Below are positions 12,309 through 24,700 of a stretch of 64,000 bases of DNA, piece after piece. Position numbers and translations under genes: made by a program. The stretch's first letter is position 1. Every line of letters begins with the position of its first letter. The stretch is from Zygnema circumcarinatum SAG 698-1b (Eukaryota > Plantae > Zygnematophyceae). The notes beneath the pieces were generated by a model that saw nothing but the letters and a program-made list of their open reading frames with translations, had not been told where the DNA came from and did not search any database. The stretch is from contig CM074812.1 of NCBI GenBank assembly GCA_037447605.1, positions 1,612,001 to 1,676,000 of the forward strand. The letters run 5' to 3'.

Positions 12309-13447
12309 CTCCCCTTCTTTCTTCTGCAGCATTCCCCTAATGCACTCATCCACATCGGAACAATAGTGGAGCAGGCACATCAGAGGAATGCATCTCTTTA
12401 ATTTCTGAATGATTGACGTGAAAAATTAGTACCTGTAATTTGATTGTTTAAGTGCATGAAGTAAATACTTTTGTGCTCACCGGTAGTCGATGACTCGGCC
12501 TTCTCGCTGGCCTTTGGAGTCGAGACGGTGACGCATATCAAGGTGGTTCCGAGGTCGCTCCTGCACTCGCCAGACTCTTTGAGTGTGAGAGAGAGAGAGA
12601 AAGAGAGAGAGGGGAGGGGGAGGATAGAAGAGAGAGGGAGGGACGAGAGTGAGGACATGGGGGACGAGAGGGATCGAAGGGGAAGGAGAGAGCGGGAGGA
12701 TGAACGAGAGAGGGAGGGAGAAGGGTGGGGGGGGAGAAGAGAGGAGAGAAGGAGGAGAAGAAAAAGGAGAGCACGAGAGAGGGGGAGAGGGACAGAGAGG
12801 GAGTGGCGAAGGAGAGGGAGTAAGAAGAAAGACCGCGAGAGAGGGAGAGAGAGCTAGAGGGAGAGGGGTGGGGTAAAGGGTTGGACGGCAGACGAAAGAG
12901 AGGCAGAGAGTGAAAGTGGGGATGATGGATTATGAAGGGAGAGGGAGGGAGTGGGAAACAAGAACAAGATGGGGAAACTTCACGAAAGCGGTCGGAGATG
13001 ATGGGGGAGAGAGGGGGGAGAGAAGGAGAGAGAGGTCGGGAGGGGAGCAGAGGGAGGGAGTGAGGGAGGGAGGGGGTTGATGATCTCAGAGTGCTGACCG
13101 TAGACATGATCTTAAGCAGCTCCACCTGTTAAGTCCAACCCATTCACCAACATCAATGAAGTGCCAGATCGAAGGTCATTTTAAAAAAAAAATGCAGCAT
13201 TCAATGAAAATGTAAAGCAACCTCAATGCGTCTAAAACAGGTTATCAACACAGCATTACAGAACTGAAAAAAATAAAAATAAAAAGAGAAGGAGAACGGT
13301 AAGACTTACCGACACCATCATGCAGGCGTGGCATCTATTCTCTATGGCCTTCACATGCGCGAACTGAACGGCGAACAGAACAGCATGTAGCGCCCATATG
13401 AACAGGAAAGCCGGACTAGAAAGGAAGAGGTCTCTCTTAAAGGCCAT
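10450..13447 (-). CDS. CNPY: Canopy homolog (saposin-like DUF3456 / MSAP family), ER-lumenal protein with signal peptide
   Basis: Exons 13447-13310, 13125-13099, 12560-12481, 12173-~12104, ~11681-11618, 11412-11361, 11079-11055, 10895-10807, 10504-10450 splice in frame. Product: hydrophobic N-terminus, [81 protein letters not shown]. This matches the plant Canopy pattern recalled as [35 protein letters not shown]. Confidence 0.9.
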
Positions 13448-14347
13448 TTTTGCACTTTCTCTGCTTGAGAAAGGAGAGAGAAATTAAACGAATAAGCACA
13501 TAAGTAAACAAGGACCTCACAAGAGTTATAATATGGAGAATCAGCAGCTAGGAGAAACAAAAAAATCATATCTTTTTGAAAAAGATAGAAAAAAATAGAC
13601 AAAAACATTGGAAGTGAGGCAGTAGGACTGACAGAGTGCAGGAGCGAGGAGGAGATAGAGGGGCTGCGGGCGGATTGTGCGGAACAGAGAGAGAGCGAGA
13701 GGGAGCGAGAGAGAGAGGGGGGGTTATCAGAGAGGGACAGTGAGAGAGAGAGGGAGACGGGTGGGGGTGAGTGAGTTCGAGAGAAGGGGGGAATAAAGGT
13801 GAGAAGGACATGGGGGGAGGAGAGGAATGAGGGCGGAGAGAGGGGAGAGGGACAGAGTTAGGAGAGGGAAAAAGAGAGAATAGGGCAGACTGAGTGGAGA
13901 GAGACAAAGAGAGGAGTGGGCGGGGGGGGAGAGACAGAGAGAGAGAGGGAGAGAGAGAGAGATGCATGATGAAGGAGGAAGCTAGCCCTTATACCAGCAA
14001 TCCAAATGCAGGCCAAAAGAGGGAGTTACCAAAACAGTTGTCGGAGAAGATGAGTTCAGTGTATCCCGATATAAAGGTGTGCAGAGGGCTTTCGGCCTCT
14101 ACTCCGACTGGACTGTTCCCCGCATTCCTCCCACAATGCTTCAACGCACAGCTGGAGAGGGAGAGAGGGAGAGAAAGACAGAGAGAGAGGGAGATAAGAG
14201 AAGAGAGCGAGAGGGAGAGAGAGAGTGGGGGGGGAGGGAGAGAGTAATGAGAGAGAGTGGAAGGGAGAGAGCGGAGAGACGAGAGGGCAAGAGAGAGTCG
14301 GAGAGGCGGAGACTTCTGGAAGGCCAAATGGACGTTGCGTGTAGCGA

Positions 14348-14400
14348 CCAATGAAAACGTGCCACGTGTCCTTTGTGTACACGTGGTAAGCAGCGATTGG
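14348..14400. promoter_or_regulatory. Inverted pair of perfect ERSE motifs (CCAAT-N9-CCACG) upstream of Canopy
   Basis: CCAAT GAAAACGTG CCACG at 14348-14366 (+) and CGTGG TAAGCAGCG ATTGG at 14382-14400 (-). The motif match is exact; function is inferred. Confidence 0.65.
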
Positions 14401-14778
14401 ACAATTCCTGGAATGTAGGCTCCCTTGGTCGGTTGGCGCAACGATATATCGAGATATGTGGCGATTTGATTGTGGAATATGCTTAGGATATCGCGATATA
14501 TCGTAAGCCCCTACTGAATGTAACTCTGAATCTCTCTCTCTCACTATGAATTTGTCAATGGCCTCAAGACAAAAAAGTGGGGAAAAAAAGTCGTTGGGAA
14601 GTGCATGGAGAGGCGTTTTAGTTGCAACATTTGTGAAGTAAAAAAAGGAAAGTCAATGAAAGTCAATGAAAGCAGATGTAATGAGTCATCATGTTCCAAA
14701 GGTCAAGACGGGAAACACGGGTGAACCTTCGTTTGAAGATTTCGCACAACGAGGTTTTCCGAAAAGTAGACAACTTGC

Positions 14779-15300
14779 GGGAGAGGGAGAGGGAGAGGGA
14801 GAGGAGAGTGGAGAGGGAGAGGGAGAGGGAGAGGAGAGGGAGAGGGAGAGGAGAGGGAGAGGGAGAGGAGGAGAGGAGAGGGAGGAGGGAGAGGGAGGGA
14901 GAGGGAGAGGAGAGGGAGAGGAGAGGAGAGGGAGAGGGAGAGGAGAGGGAGAGGGAGAGGGAGAGGGAGAAAGGGAGAGGGAGAGGGAGAGGAGGAGAGG
15001 AGAGGGAGAGGGAGAGGGAGAGGAGGAGGGAGAGGGAGAGGAGGAGAGGGAGAGGGGAGAGGCAGAGGCAGAGGCAGAGGCAGAGGGAGAGGGAGAGGGA
15101 GAGAGAGGGAGAGGGAGAGGAGAGGGAGGAGGGAGAGGGAGAGGAGGGAGAGGGAGAGGGAGAGGAGAGGGAGTGGGAGAGGGAGAGGGAGAGGGAGAGG
15201 GAGAGGGAGAGGGAGAGAGAGAGGGAGAGGGAGAGGGAGAGGAGAGGGAGAGGGAGAGGGAGAGGGAGAGGGAGAGGGAGAGGGAGAGGGAGCGGAAGAG
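14779..15300 (+). repeat. (GAGGGA)n hexamer microsatellite
   Basis: Read directly. Confidence 0.9.
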
Positions 15301-15744
15301 AGGGGAAAGTGGGGAGAGGAGGAAGGTTTGAAATAAGGGAAGCACAGAGGCAGAAAATGGGAGAGATCGTGATCTTAAAGGAAATAGTAATTTATTCACT
15401 GGTCCCTAAAAGTTGGTACAGCCATTATGCCTTTTAACAAATTCCTCATAAAATTCTGTCGCAGTCGATTTTCATTGGCCAACGGAAAGTCGAACTGACT
15501 GATCACATGAGTCGACTAAGAACACCTTTTTCTTCAATTTCTTTCAAGGGGAGACCAAAATTTTCCAAAAGCTATGGCTCAAGAACTGTAATGAGGACAC
15601 CGCTTAGATTCTTTTTAACGTTGTAAGAAATTCATCCGTTGAACGGAATTCAACGAGATTTCTTTAACAGTTACACGTACACTCCAGTCCACAAAAACAA
15701 AAAGAGCGTCCCGAATCCCTGCAATTAAAAACGCAGATAATTGT

Positions 15745-16714
<970 letters not shown>

Positions 16715-18769
16715 GAGAGGGGGGGGGGAGGGGGCATTTGTAGGGAAGGGGAAAGGAGAGGGAGGGGGAGAGGCAGAGGGACAGGGAGAGGAAGAGGGAA
16801 AGGAGAAGAGCGAGGGAGAGGGAGAGGGAGGTGAGGAAACGGGAGAGGGAGAGAGATGGGAGGGAGGAGTGGAAGAAGGCGAGGGAGAGGGAAAGGGAGA
16901 GAGGGGAGCGGGAAGAAGAGGGAGGGGGGAGGAGGGAGGGGGCATTTGTAGGGAAAGGGAAAGGAGAGGGAGGGGGGAGAGGATGAGGGAAAGGAGAAGA
17001 GCGAGGGAGAGGGAGAAGGAGGAGGAGATGAAACGGAGAGGGAGAGGGATGGGAGGGAGGAATGGGAGAAGGCGAGGGAGAGGGAGAGGGAGAGAGAGAG
17101 CGGGAGAGGGAGAAGGAGGGAGGGAATAACAGAACATGTTTGTGAAAGTTTTCTAACTGAAGTGTTTTGTGTCCATAATCTTTTGGAGGTGTTTTGAGGG
17201 TTCGAATAAGGCTAAAACCTTACCAGACAGACTGATGCCATTCCACCAATAGAAATTTCCTTCACCAAACTTCGGTTGAATTTTGAGGACGTCACTTCGT
17301 ACCTGCAGGCGGTTTGAGAAAAAGTTCAAGCCTCAATCAAGAAATCAATAACAGCTCAAAATTCTCACGTTCGTATGTTTGACGTCTAAGAATAAGCGAA
17401 ATCCAAAAAAAAATAGAATTCATTATTGAAAAAATGAACTCCTTAAACTATAGTTTAGAGAAATACGCACACAAAGAAAGCGGCCGTCGCGATGAGTCCG
17501 GATGCCAAGAGAACGACCGCCAGAAGGGGATAAAGGTGAAGGGGAACAGGACTGGTTATGGGAGAAAATGTCAATATTTCCTGACACAAAGAGTACAAAA
17601 AAAAAAGAAAAAAATGACCGAAAGATCAGGCATTTTCTAGATCAGAGGCTTTCGTGATATTTCAAAACCGCATTGAATAGGAACCGCACTGTGATGCTTA
17701 GTGGAGTGCAGGAATGCTTTGAAACGTGTGAATCAATATCAGTACATAGAATTAGGGTTCGGACGGAGAGCAGCACTGGAATAGGTCCACATATGCAAAT
17801 ACTCCTCTTACAAGCAGGAGAGAAGCCTGAAAGTGAGACCCACCTCATCACCATCTCTCTCTCACTCTCTCTCTCTCTCTCTCTCTCACTCTCTTGTAAT
17901 AGAAAAACTAGAAGAAAATGAAAAATCTCTTTATCTACACATGAGGTGAACGATAGGAGGGAGGGGAAATGAAAAGGGAGGGTGGAGCAGGTAGAAGACC
18001 AAATCAACAAGGTGGATCCAAGCAAGCACAGGTGGATCCATGCATGGCCTGAACCCTTGACAAGCCTCACACCTCCTCAACCCTCGACCCTGCTCCCTCT
18101 CTACCATCCTGCTTCTCCCTCCGTACAGACGATAGATATGCATACCATGCAGGACCTACATTTTGCATGCATGCATGCATACATGCATCGAGGCATTCTG
18201 TTCAAGGAGGAGGAGGAAGTCACAGATATCGATAAAAGACAGCAACTGGTTGCAGAGGTCCATACATCTCGCCCTCCCTCCCCTCCCACACTCTCCCTAC
18301 TCACTCTCCCTCTCTCTCTCTCCCTCCCTCTCTCTCTCTCCCTCCCTCCCTCCCTCCCTCCCTCCCACCCTCCCTCCCTTCCTCCTCCCCTGCATCCAAC
18401 AGATCCACAGCGCAAGCACAGCAACCGCTGACGCAGGAAAGGAGCCAGCAAAAGCTTACCACACCCGCCATGGCGGACCCCTTCAACCCTAAATCCGCGA
18501 ACCCTAGAAACCCTAAATACGCTGAAACCACAAGGTCCGCATTGAAGCTCTCTCTGCCTTCCGAAGTGCCAAAACAAATGTTTGCGATGACATGGACCAA
18601 TCCGGACCTGCCATGTCATCAATGTGACACGTGGCTACGTTTCATTCGTTTCCAACCTTCCATGTAAGCACAATGTGATACGTGGCTAATTTTGATTCGT
18701 TCACGCGATGCAAAAAGAGTGGACGCACAGCCCAAACTGTGCCGCTGGAGGAATTTGATGATGTCATAC

Positions 18770-19025
18770 TATAATCAACCATTGGATGAACCATTGAAAT
18801 GGTTGTGAGCCAGTGACTCGCGACCAAGCCAACCATTGGATTCATCATTGGGGGCGTCCTATGGTTGTGAACCATTGACTCGCGACCGAACCAAACAATT
18901 GCCAATGGTCGCAACGGTTGGATGCGAATGGTTGCCAACCATTCCAATAGTTGATAACCACTGCGCGTCCAACCATTGGCCCACTCTTCCAATGGCTGGT
19001 CGCCCAACGGTTGCCAACCCAATGG
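18770..19025. repeat. Degenerate array of the same palindrome family
   Basis: GAATGGTTGCCAACCATTCC, CCAACCATTGG and related variants. Confidence 0.75.
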
Positions 19026-19273
19026 TAAACCTCCCTTAAATGCGCCTACCGTCGCGTCGCGCAAAAATCGGGAAAGCGTCAAATCATATTGCGCCGTTAC
19101 ATGTGCAAGAACATCTCCACAGCGGCAGACACGTGGAAGTTACTCACCGACGTTCCAATCAAAACAAACTGCAAACCCCAAACCACAAACCGACTTCCCA
19201 GAGCATTCGGTTTACAACCCACAGTTTGGCCCTTTCCGGATTCAGCGACGGAAATTCTCTTTAAGCGCTTCAC

Positions 19274-19292
19274 CCAATCGCGAGCTGCCACG
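19274..19292 (+). promoter_or_regulatory. Perfect ERSE motif ~410 bp upstream of the FAO start
   Basis: CCAAT CGCGAGCTG CCACG. Confidence 0.5.
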
Positions 19293-19700
19293 TACAAAAT
19301 AACGCTTTCCTTTTCCAGGCGGCGAATTTTCGAGTCTTGATCGGCCGTCACGTCCCGCCACGTCCCGTCACGTCCTGTGGACATTCACCACCGTTTCCAT
19401 CGATTCGTACGCTCGCTTTCGGTCGTCTCCGTCTGTTGTATCGTATCGGTATCTTACTCTGACGATACGATGCTGAGTCATCAGGTACATTCGTACGGTA
19501 CGGTCTTCAATCCGTACGGCACCAACCGTACAACTACGCCTCCCGCGGTCCCCGTCTCTCGCGCCCCCTCCCTTTTCCCCTCTCACTGCCTCCCTCTCTC
19601 TCTCCTTGCCTCCCTCCCTCTCTCTCTCTCCCCCTGCCTCCCCCCTCTCTCTCTCTTTCTCTCTCCCTCCCCGCCTCCCTCCCTCCCCAACCCTAATACC

Positions 19701-21744
19701 ATGCCGCACCCCGACCTGCAGCGGACGCCTGATGGCCCTCCACACCTCCTCTCCGCACAGCAAATGGCGGTGCTGAAGTCACTATGCGGCACGCTGTTAC
19801 CGGCAGTGTCTCCCACGGGGGAGCTCCTCTCCCCCTCCTCTCCCTCTCCCTCTCCCTCTCCCTCTTCCTCTCCCTCTCCCTCTTCGTCTCCCAGTGACGT
19901 GGAGGAGGAGGGCAGGCAACGCTTTTTGCGCTTCTCGGGGGCGCAGGGAGACGTGCCGGAGAAGGTGTGTAGGACGACAGCACCAGGATGAATGGCTGTT
20001 TTAAACTAATAATCACCATGAGATGATTGCATTCTTAGACTGAAATTCAAAAGTATAATTTAAAAATTAAAAAGCGAATCCCTAGTATCGAATGGTTTGA
20101 AGTCCAGCTGGCATTGGAACTCCCTCTAAAATTTTTCAATTGGTATTTTAAAGTTGAGATAGAGAGAGGGTCTTCTGTACCATTGCTTTCTACTTGATCA
20201 CATTTTTTTGGCTTTTTCTCCAAACCGAATGTTAAACCGGAGAACGCTCACGCGCAACGCCTCCAGGACTTGAAAAATTTGTATTTGAAAATCAAAAAAT
20301 AAAATGTTAAGAGCCAACTGTCAGTGTCAGATGTCTCTGAATAAACTGGCTAAAGTATTTTTAACCGTTTTAATCATCCCTAGAGCTATTTCCCATTGTT
20401 TGGGAGTTTCCAACTGAACGTTGAATGAAAAAAGAAAGTTTGTGCATGTGATTGAACAAACTCCTCCGTCTCCCCCTCTCTCGTGTCTCTCTCTGCTCCT
20501 CCTTCCTCTGTCTCCTATATTTCTCTCCTCTTCCTCTCCTTCCTCTACCTCTCCTTCCTCTACCTCTCTCCTCCCCTATCATCCCGTTCTCTTCTCCCTC
20601 CCTCTCCTCCCTCTCTCCTCCCTCCCTCTCCTCCGTCTCTCCTCCCTCCCTCTCCTCCACTCCTCCCTCCCTCTCCTCCCTCCCTCTCCTCCCTCTCTCC
20701 TCCCTCCCTCTCCTCCTCTCCTCCCTCTTTCTCCTCCCTCTCTTCTCCCTCCCTCTCCTCCTCTGCTCCCTCCCTCTCCTCCCTCCCTTTCCTCCCTCTC
20801 TCCTCCTTCCCTCTCCTCCCTCTCTCCTCCCTCCCTCTCCTCCTTCTCTGCTCCCTCCCTCTCCTCCCTCTCTCCTCCCTCCCTTTCCTCCCTCTCTCCT
20901 CCCTCCCTCTCCTCCCTCTGACTCCTCAGGTGGCTCATTTGATGCGGCACCGACTGAAACCGAAAGCGATGTTTTTAATGTCGGCGGTTCTATGGATGCT
21001 TTCCACAAACATTGGAACTCTACTTCTTGTGGGCAGCAATGCAATAACTTTTAGATTTCCGTTTCTTCGATCCTTCCCGGAATTGCTGCCCGAAACTCGT
21101 GAAAAGATTCTCCGCAGGTGGTCCCTTAGCAGCTCTCTTCTCTTCCGTACAATATTCAAGGTGAAGCTTTTGACCCTTCGTTTTTCGGATTCTTCTTTTT
21201 TTTTCGAACTTTTGTTTTCCGTTGATTAAGGACCCTCAATAAAATCCAAAAATAGCTTCAAAAATGAACCGAAAACTCGGTTTTTAACCTCAAACTAGTT
21301 TTTTAGACATTCTTGGATTGGGTAAACATGTATGTTTTAGTATTCATCTTTTTATGGTTTGATGCAAATTCGATGTCAAATGATAAAAGATTTCGAAGGG
21401 ACATTTTTGGAGCATTTGAATGGAGCCATTGTTGAAGCAGTTTTTGTCTTCTTTCATCGCCTGCTCTTTATTGATGAGGGGTTCTATGCCTGCTTGGTTC
21501 TGTGACGTGGAGCAGATTTTGAAGTCTTATATTATGGCCCTTTGCTTTACGCAGGTTTGTGCACATCTCTCTCTCTCCTTTTCTCTCCCCCTCTCTCTCT
21601 CTCACTCTCTCCCTGTCACCCTTCCCCCCTTTCCGCGCATCTCTCTCCCTTTGCTGCTCACAATCTACCTCCCTCCACATCACTGCCCTCCTCTGCAGGC
21701 CTGTTCGTAGTTGCATCATTCATTTCCCCTTCTCTCTCTCTCTG

Positions 21745-21786
<42 letters not shown>

Positions 21787-24700
21787 GCCCCCCCCCACCT
21801 TCCTCATCTCTCCCAGTTCGCTTCCCCTCTCCTCACTCCCTCTCTCTGCCTCTTCTTAGTTCTGTGCCTCTCGTGTTTTCCCTTGTTCCTTCCCCTCCTC
21901 ACCTCTCTCTCTCTCTCTCCCTCACTCTCCCTCGTCCTCCTTCTCTCTCCTTCCTCTTCTTTCTTCTGACTCCCTCTGCAGCCTACTTACACAAAGGTAT
22001 GCTTTTGCAGCTCGATGAGAACGGACGAAATCCTTTTTGGGATGCTTTGGGCTATCCAGGCCCGGACCCGGCCATGGTGAGGGGAGAGAGAGAGAGGGAG
22101 GAGAGAGGAGAGGGGATGGGGAAGGGAGAGGGAGAGGGAGAGAGGCCACTGGATGGAAGCCTAGTGAGGCTCTCTCCCTCTCCTAAGGAAAGTGTCGGAG
22201 TCGCTTTGGCGGCTGCTAAATTTCAAGTTTTGGGAGAGCTCATCACTTGTAAGGGATTGTTGAAAGCCTCTGAGCTCAAGGGGACCACTGTAAGTTGACT
22301 CTTTCTCTCTCTCTCTCTCACTCTCTCCAACTCTCTCTCTCACTCTCCCTCTTTTCCTTTCCCTCTATTTTTCTGTCGCCCCTCGTCTTTGTCAGTCTCT
22401 CCCATCCTCTCTCTCCCTGCCTTTCTTTCCCTACCTCCCTTCTCTCTCCCTCCCATGTCACCTCAAACCAACCAACCACCCAACCCTTTCTCCCATCCCA
22501 ACCCAATCCCAACACTCTGCGCTTATTATTTATTGCCACTCGCCTTGAACAGCCATTCTAATCACAACGCTGCCCTCTAACCCGCCCCCTCCTTTCTCTC
22601 TCGCCCTCTCTCCTTCCCCCTCCCTCTCCCTCTTTCACTCCCTCCCCCTCTCCCTCTCCCGTTCCCTCTCCCTCTCCCTCTTCCTCTTCCTCTCCCTCTC
22701 CCTCTCNNNNNNNNNNCCTCTCCCTCTCCCTCTCCCTCTCTCTCTCTCACTCTCTCTCCCTCTCCCTGCCCCTCCCTCTCTCTCCCTCTCTCTCTCCTCT
22801 GCTCCCCCTCTCTCTCCCCTTTTCTCTTTCCCTCTCCCTCTCCCTCTCCCTCTCCCCCTCTCTCTCCCTCTCTCTCTCTCCTCTCCCCCCACTCTCTCTC
22901 TCTCCCTTTCTCTCTCCCTCTCCCTCTTTCTCCTTCCCCCTTCCCCCCCCTCCCTCTCTCTCTCGTTCCATCTCCCTCCCTCTCTCTCTCTCTCTTCTCC
23001 TTCTCCCTCTCTCTCTCCCCCTCTCTCTCCCTCTCGCTCTGCAGGTGACCGTAATGAAGTGCGATGCAGTGGTAGTGGGGAGTGGGAGTGGCGGCTCAGT
23101 GGTAGCGGCACAGCTGGCAGAGGAGGGAGTGGGAGTGGTAGTGGTAGAGAAGGGAGAGTACTACTGCGGGAGAGATCTCAGCCTGCTCGAAGGGCCCTCT
23201 ATGGCGGCTATGTGAGTTGGGGAGACTATGAAGAAGCTATGGAATGATCATTCAATCAATAAGTAATATGAAAATAATCAAAAAGAAAAGAAGAAAACGA
23301 GAAAAGAGTAATTTTGGACCTTACAAGCCTTAAAGAAACGAAGGGGGGGGGGGGGAATAAATAATCAAATAATTTCGAAGTTAACCCTCAGTTAACCCAA
23401 ATTTTGAAAACCCTAATCTTGTGAAGGTCGACTTTTTTTCGACCAAAAAAACTCAGTTTGCTGAACCTGTTAGTTTTCCACCTACACCCTCTTTCTTTCT
23501 TTCTTTTTTTATTTATTTATTAATATTTTCTTAAATGGAAAAAAATTCAGGTACGAGTCCGGGAGTCTCCTTGCCTCCGACGACGGGTCGATTTCCCTCC
23601 TCGCCGGATCCACTGTGGGAGGTGGATCCGCGATCAACTGGTCTGCCTCTTTCCGTACTCCTCCGCACGTGCGAAAGGAGTGGACTCAAAAGTACAAACT
23701 CGAGGTAAAGGCATTCAGGGTTGAGATCTGTATCTAAGTTTTTGGATTTTTGGGTTAAAGATTTTTAAAGATTTTTTTAGATTTTTTTGCAGGTTTTGTT
23801 TCAGAACCCTTTAGGTTCTTTTGAAGGATTTTTCAGCAGGGGCAGATTTTGAGGATATTTTTTAATGCTCTTTTAGGGCTCGTTTTTAACATTTTTCTTA
23901 CGGATTATTAAGGTGTCTGTTTTGGATTTTTAGTTTATTTAGGGCTAAGGTTCTCTTGTAACCTTTTTCTTTTTTAATATTCAGAGGATTTCAGGCCTTC
24001 AGTGGGGTTTCGAAAGTTTGCAAGTATAGATATAAATTTAATGGTTAGGTGGAGAGGGGATTATGGTTCGTTGGTGTAGTTGGTTATCACGTCAGTCTAA
24101 CACACTGAAGGTCGCCGGATCGAGCCCGGCACGAATCACTTTATTTTCTACTTTTCCCGGTCTTCCTTTTTTTTTCTATGATATTTTAGGATTGCCTTTT
24201 AAGCGTCTACTCGGTGGAGTTTTTTTTTTTTTTTTTNNNNNNNNNNCCTCTCCCTCTCCCTCTCCCTCTCTCTCTCTCACTCTCTCTCCCTCTCCCTGCC
24301 CCTCCCTCTCTCTCCCTCTCTCTCTCCTCTGCTCCCCCTCTCTCTCCCCTTTTCTCTTTCCCTCTCCCTCTCCCTCTCCCTCTCCCCCTCTCTCTCCCTC
24401 TCTCTCTCTCCTCTCCCCCCACTCTCTCTCTCTCCCTTTCTCTCTCCCTCTCCCTCTTTCTCCTTCCCCCTTCCCCCCCCTCCCTCTCTCTCTCGTTCCA
24501 TCTCCCTCCCTCTCTCTCTCTCTCTTCTCCTTCTCCCTCTCTCTCTCCCCCTCTCTCTCCCTCTCGCTCTGCAGGTGACCGTAATGAAGTGCGATGCAGT
24601 GGTAGTGGGGAGTGGGAGTGGCGGCTCAGTGGTAGCGGCACAGCTGGCAGAGGAGGGAGTGGGAGTGGTAGTGGTAGAGAAGGGAGAGTACTACTGCGGG

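Noticed and set aside
12305-12410. Exon-like segment [24 protein letters not shown] within Canopy
   Set aside because: The flanking exons join directly to give the conserved IDYR|VSELR motif, leaving no room for it.
15390-15730. MITE-like sequence with a central palindrome (~15623-15665)
   Set aside because: No matching termini or TSD could be found.
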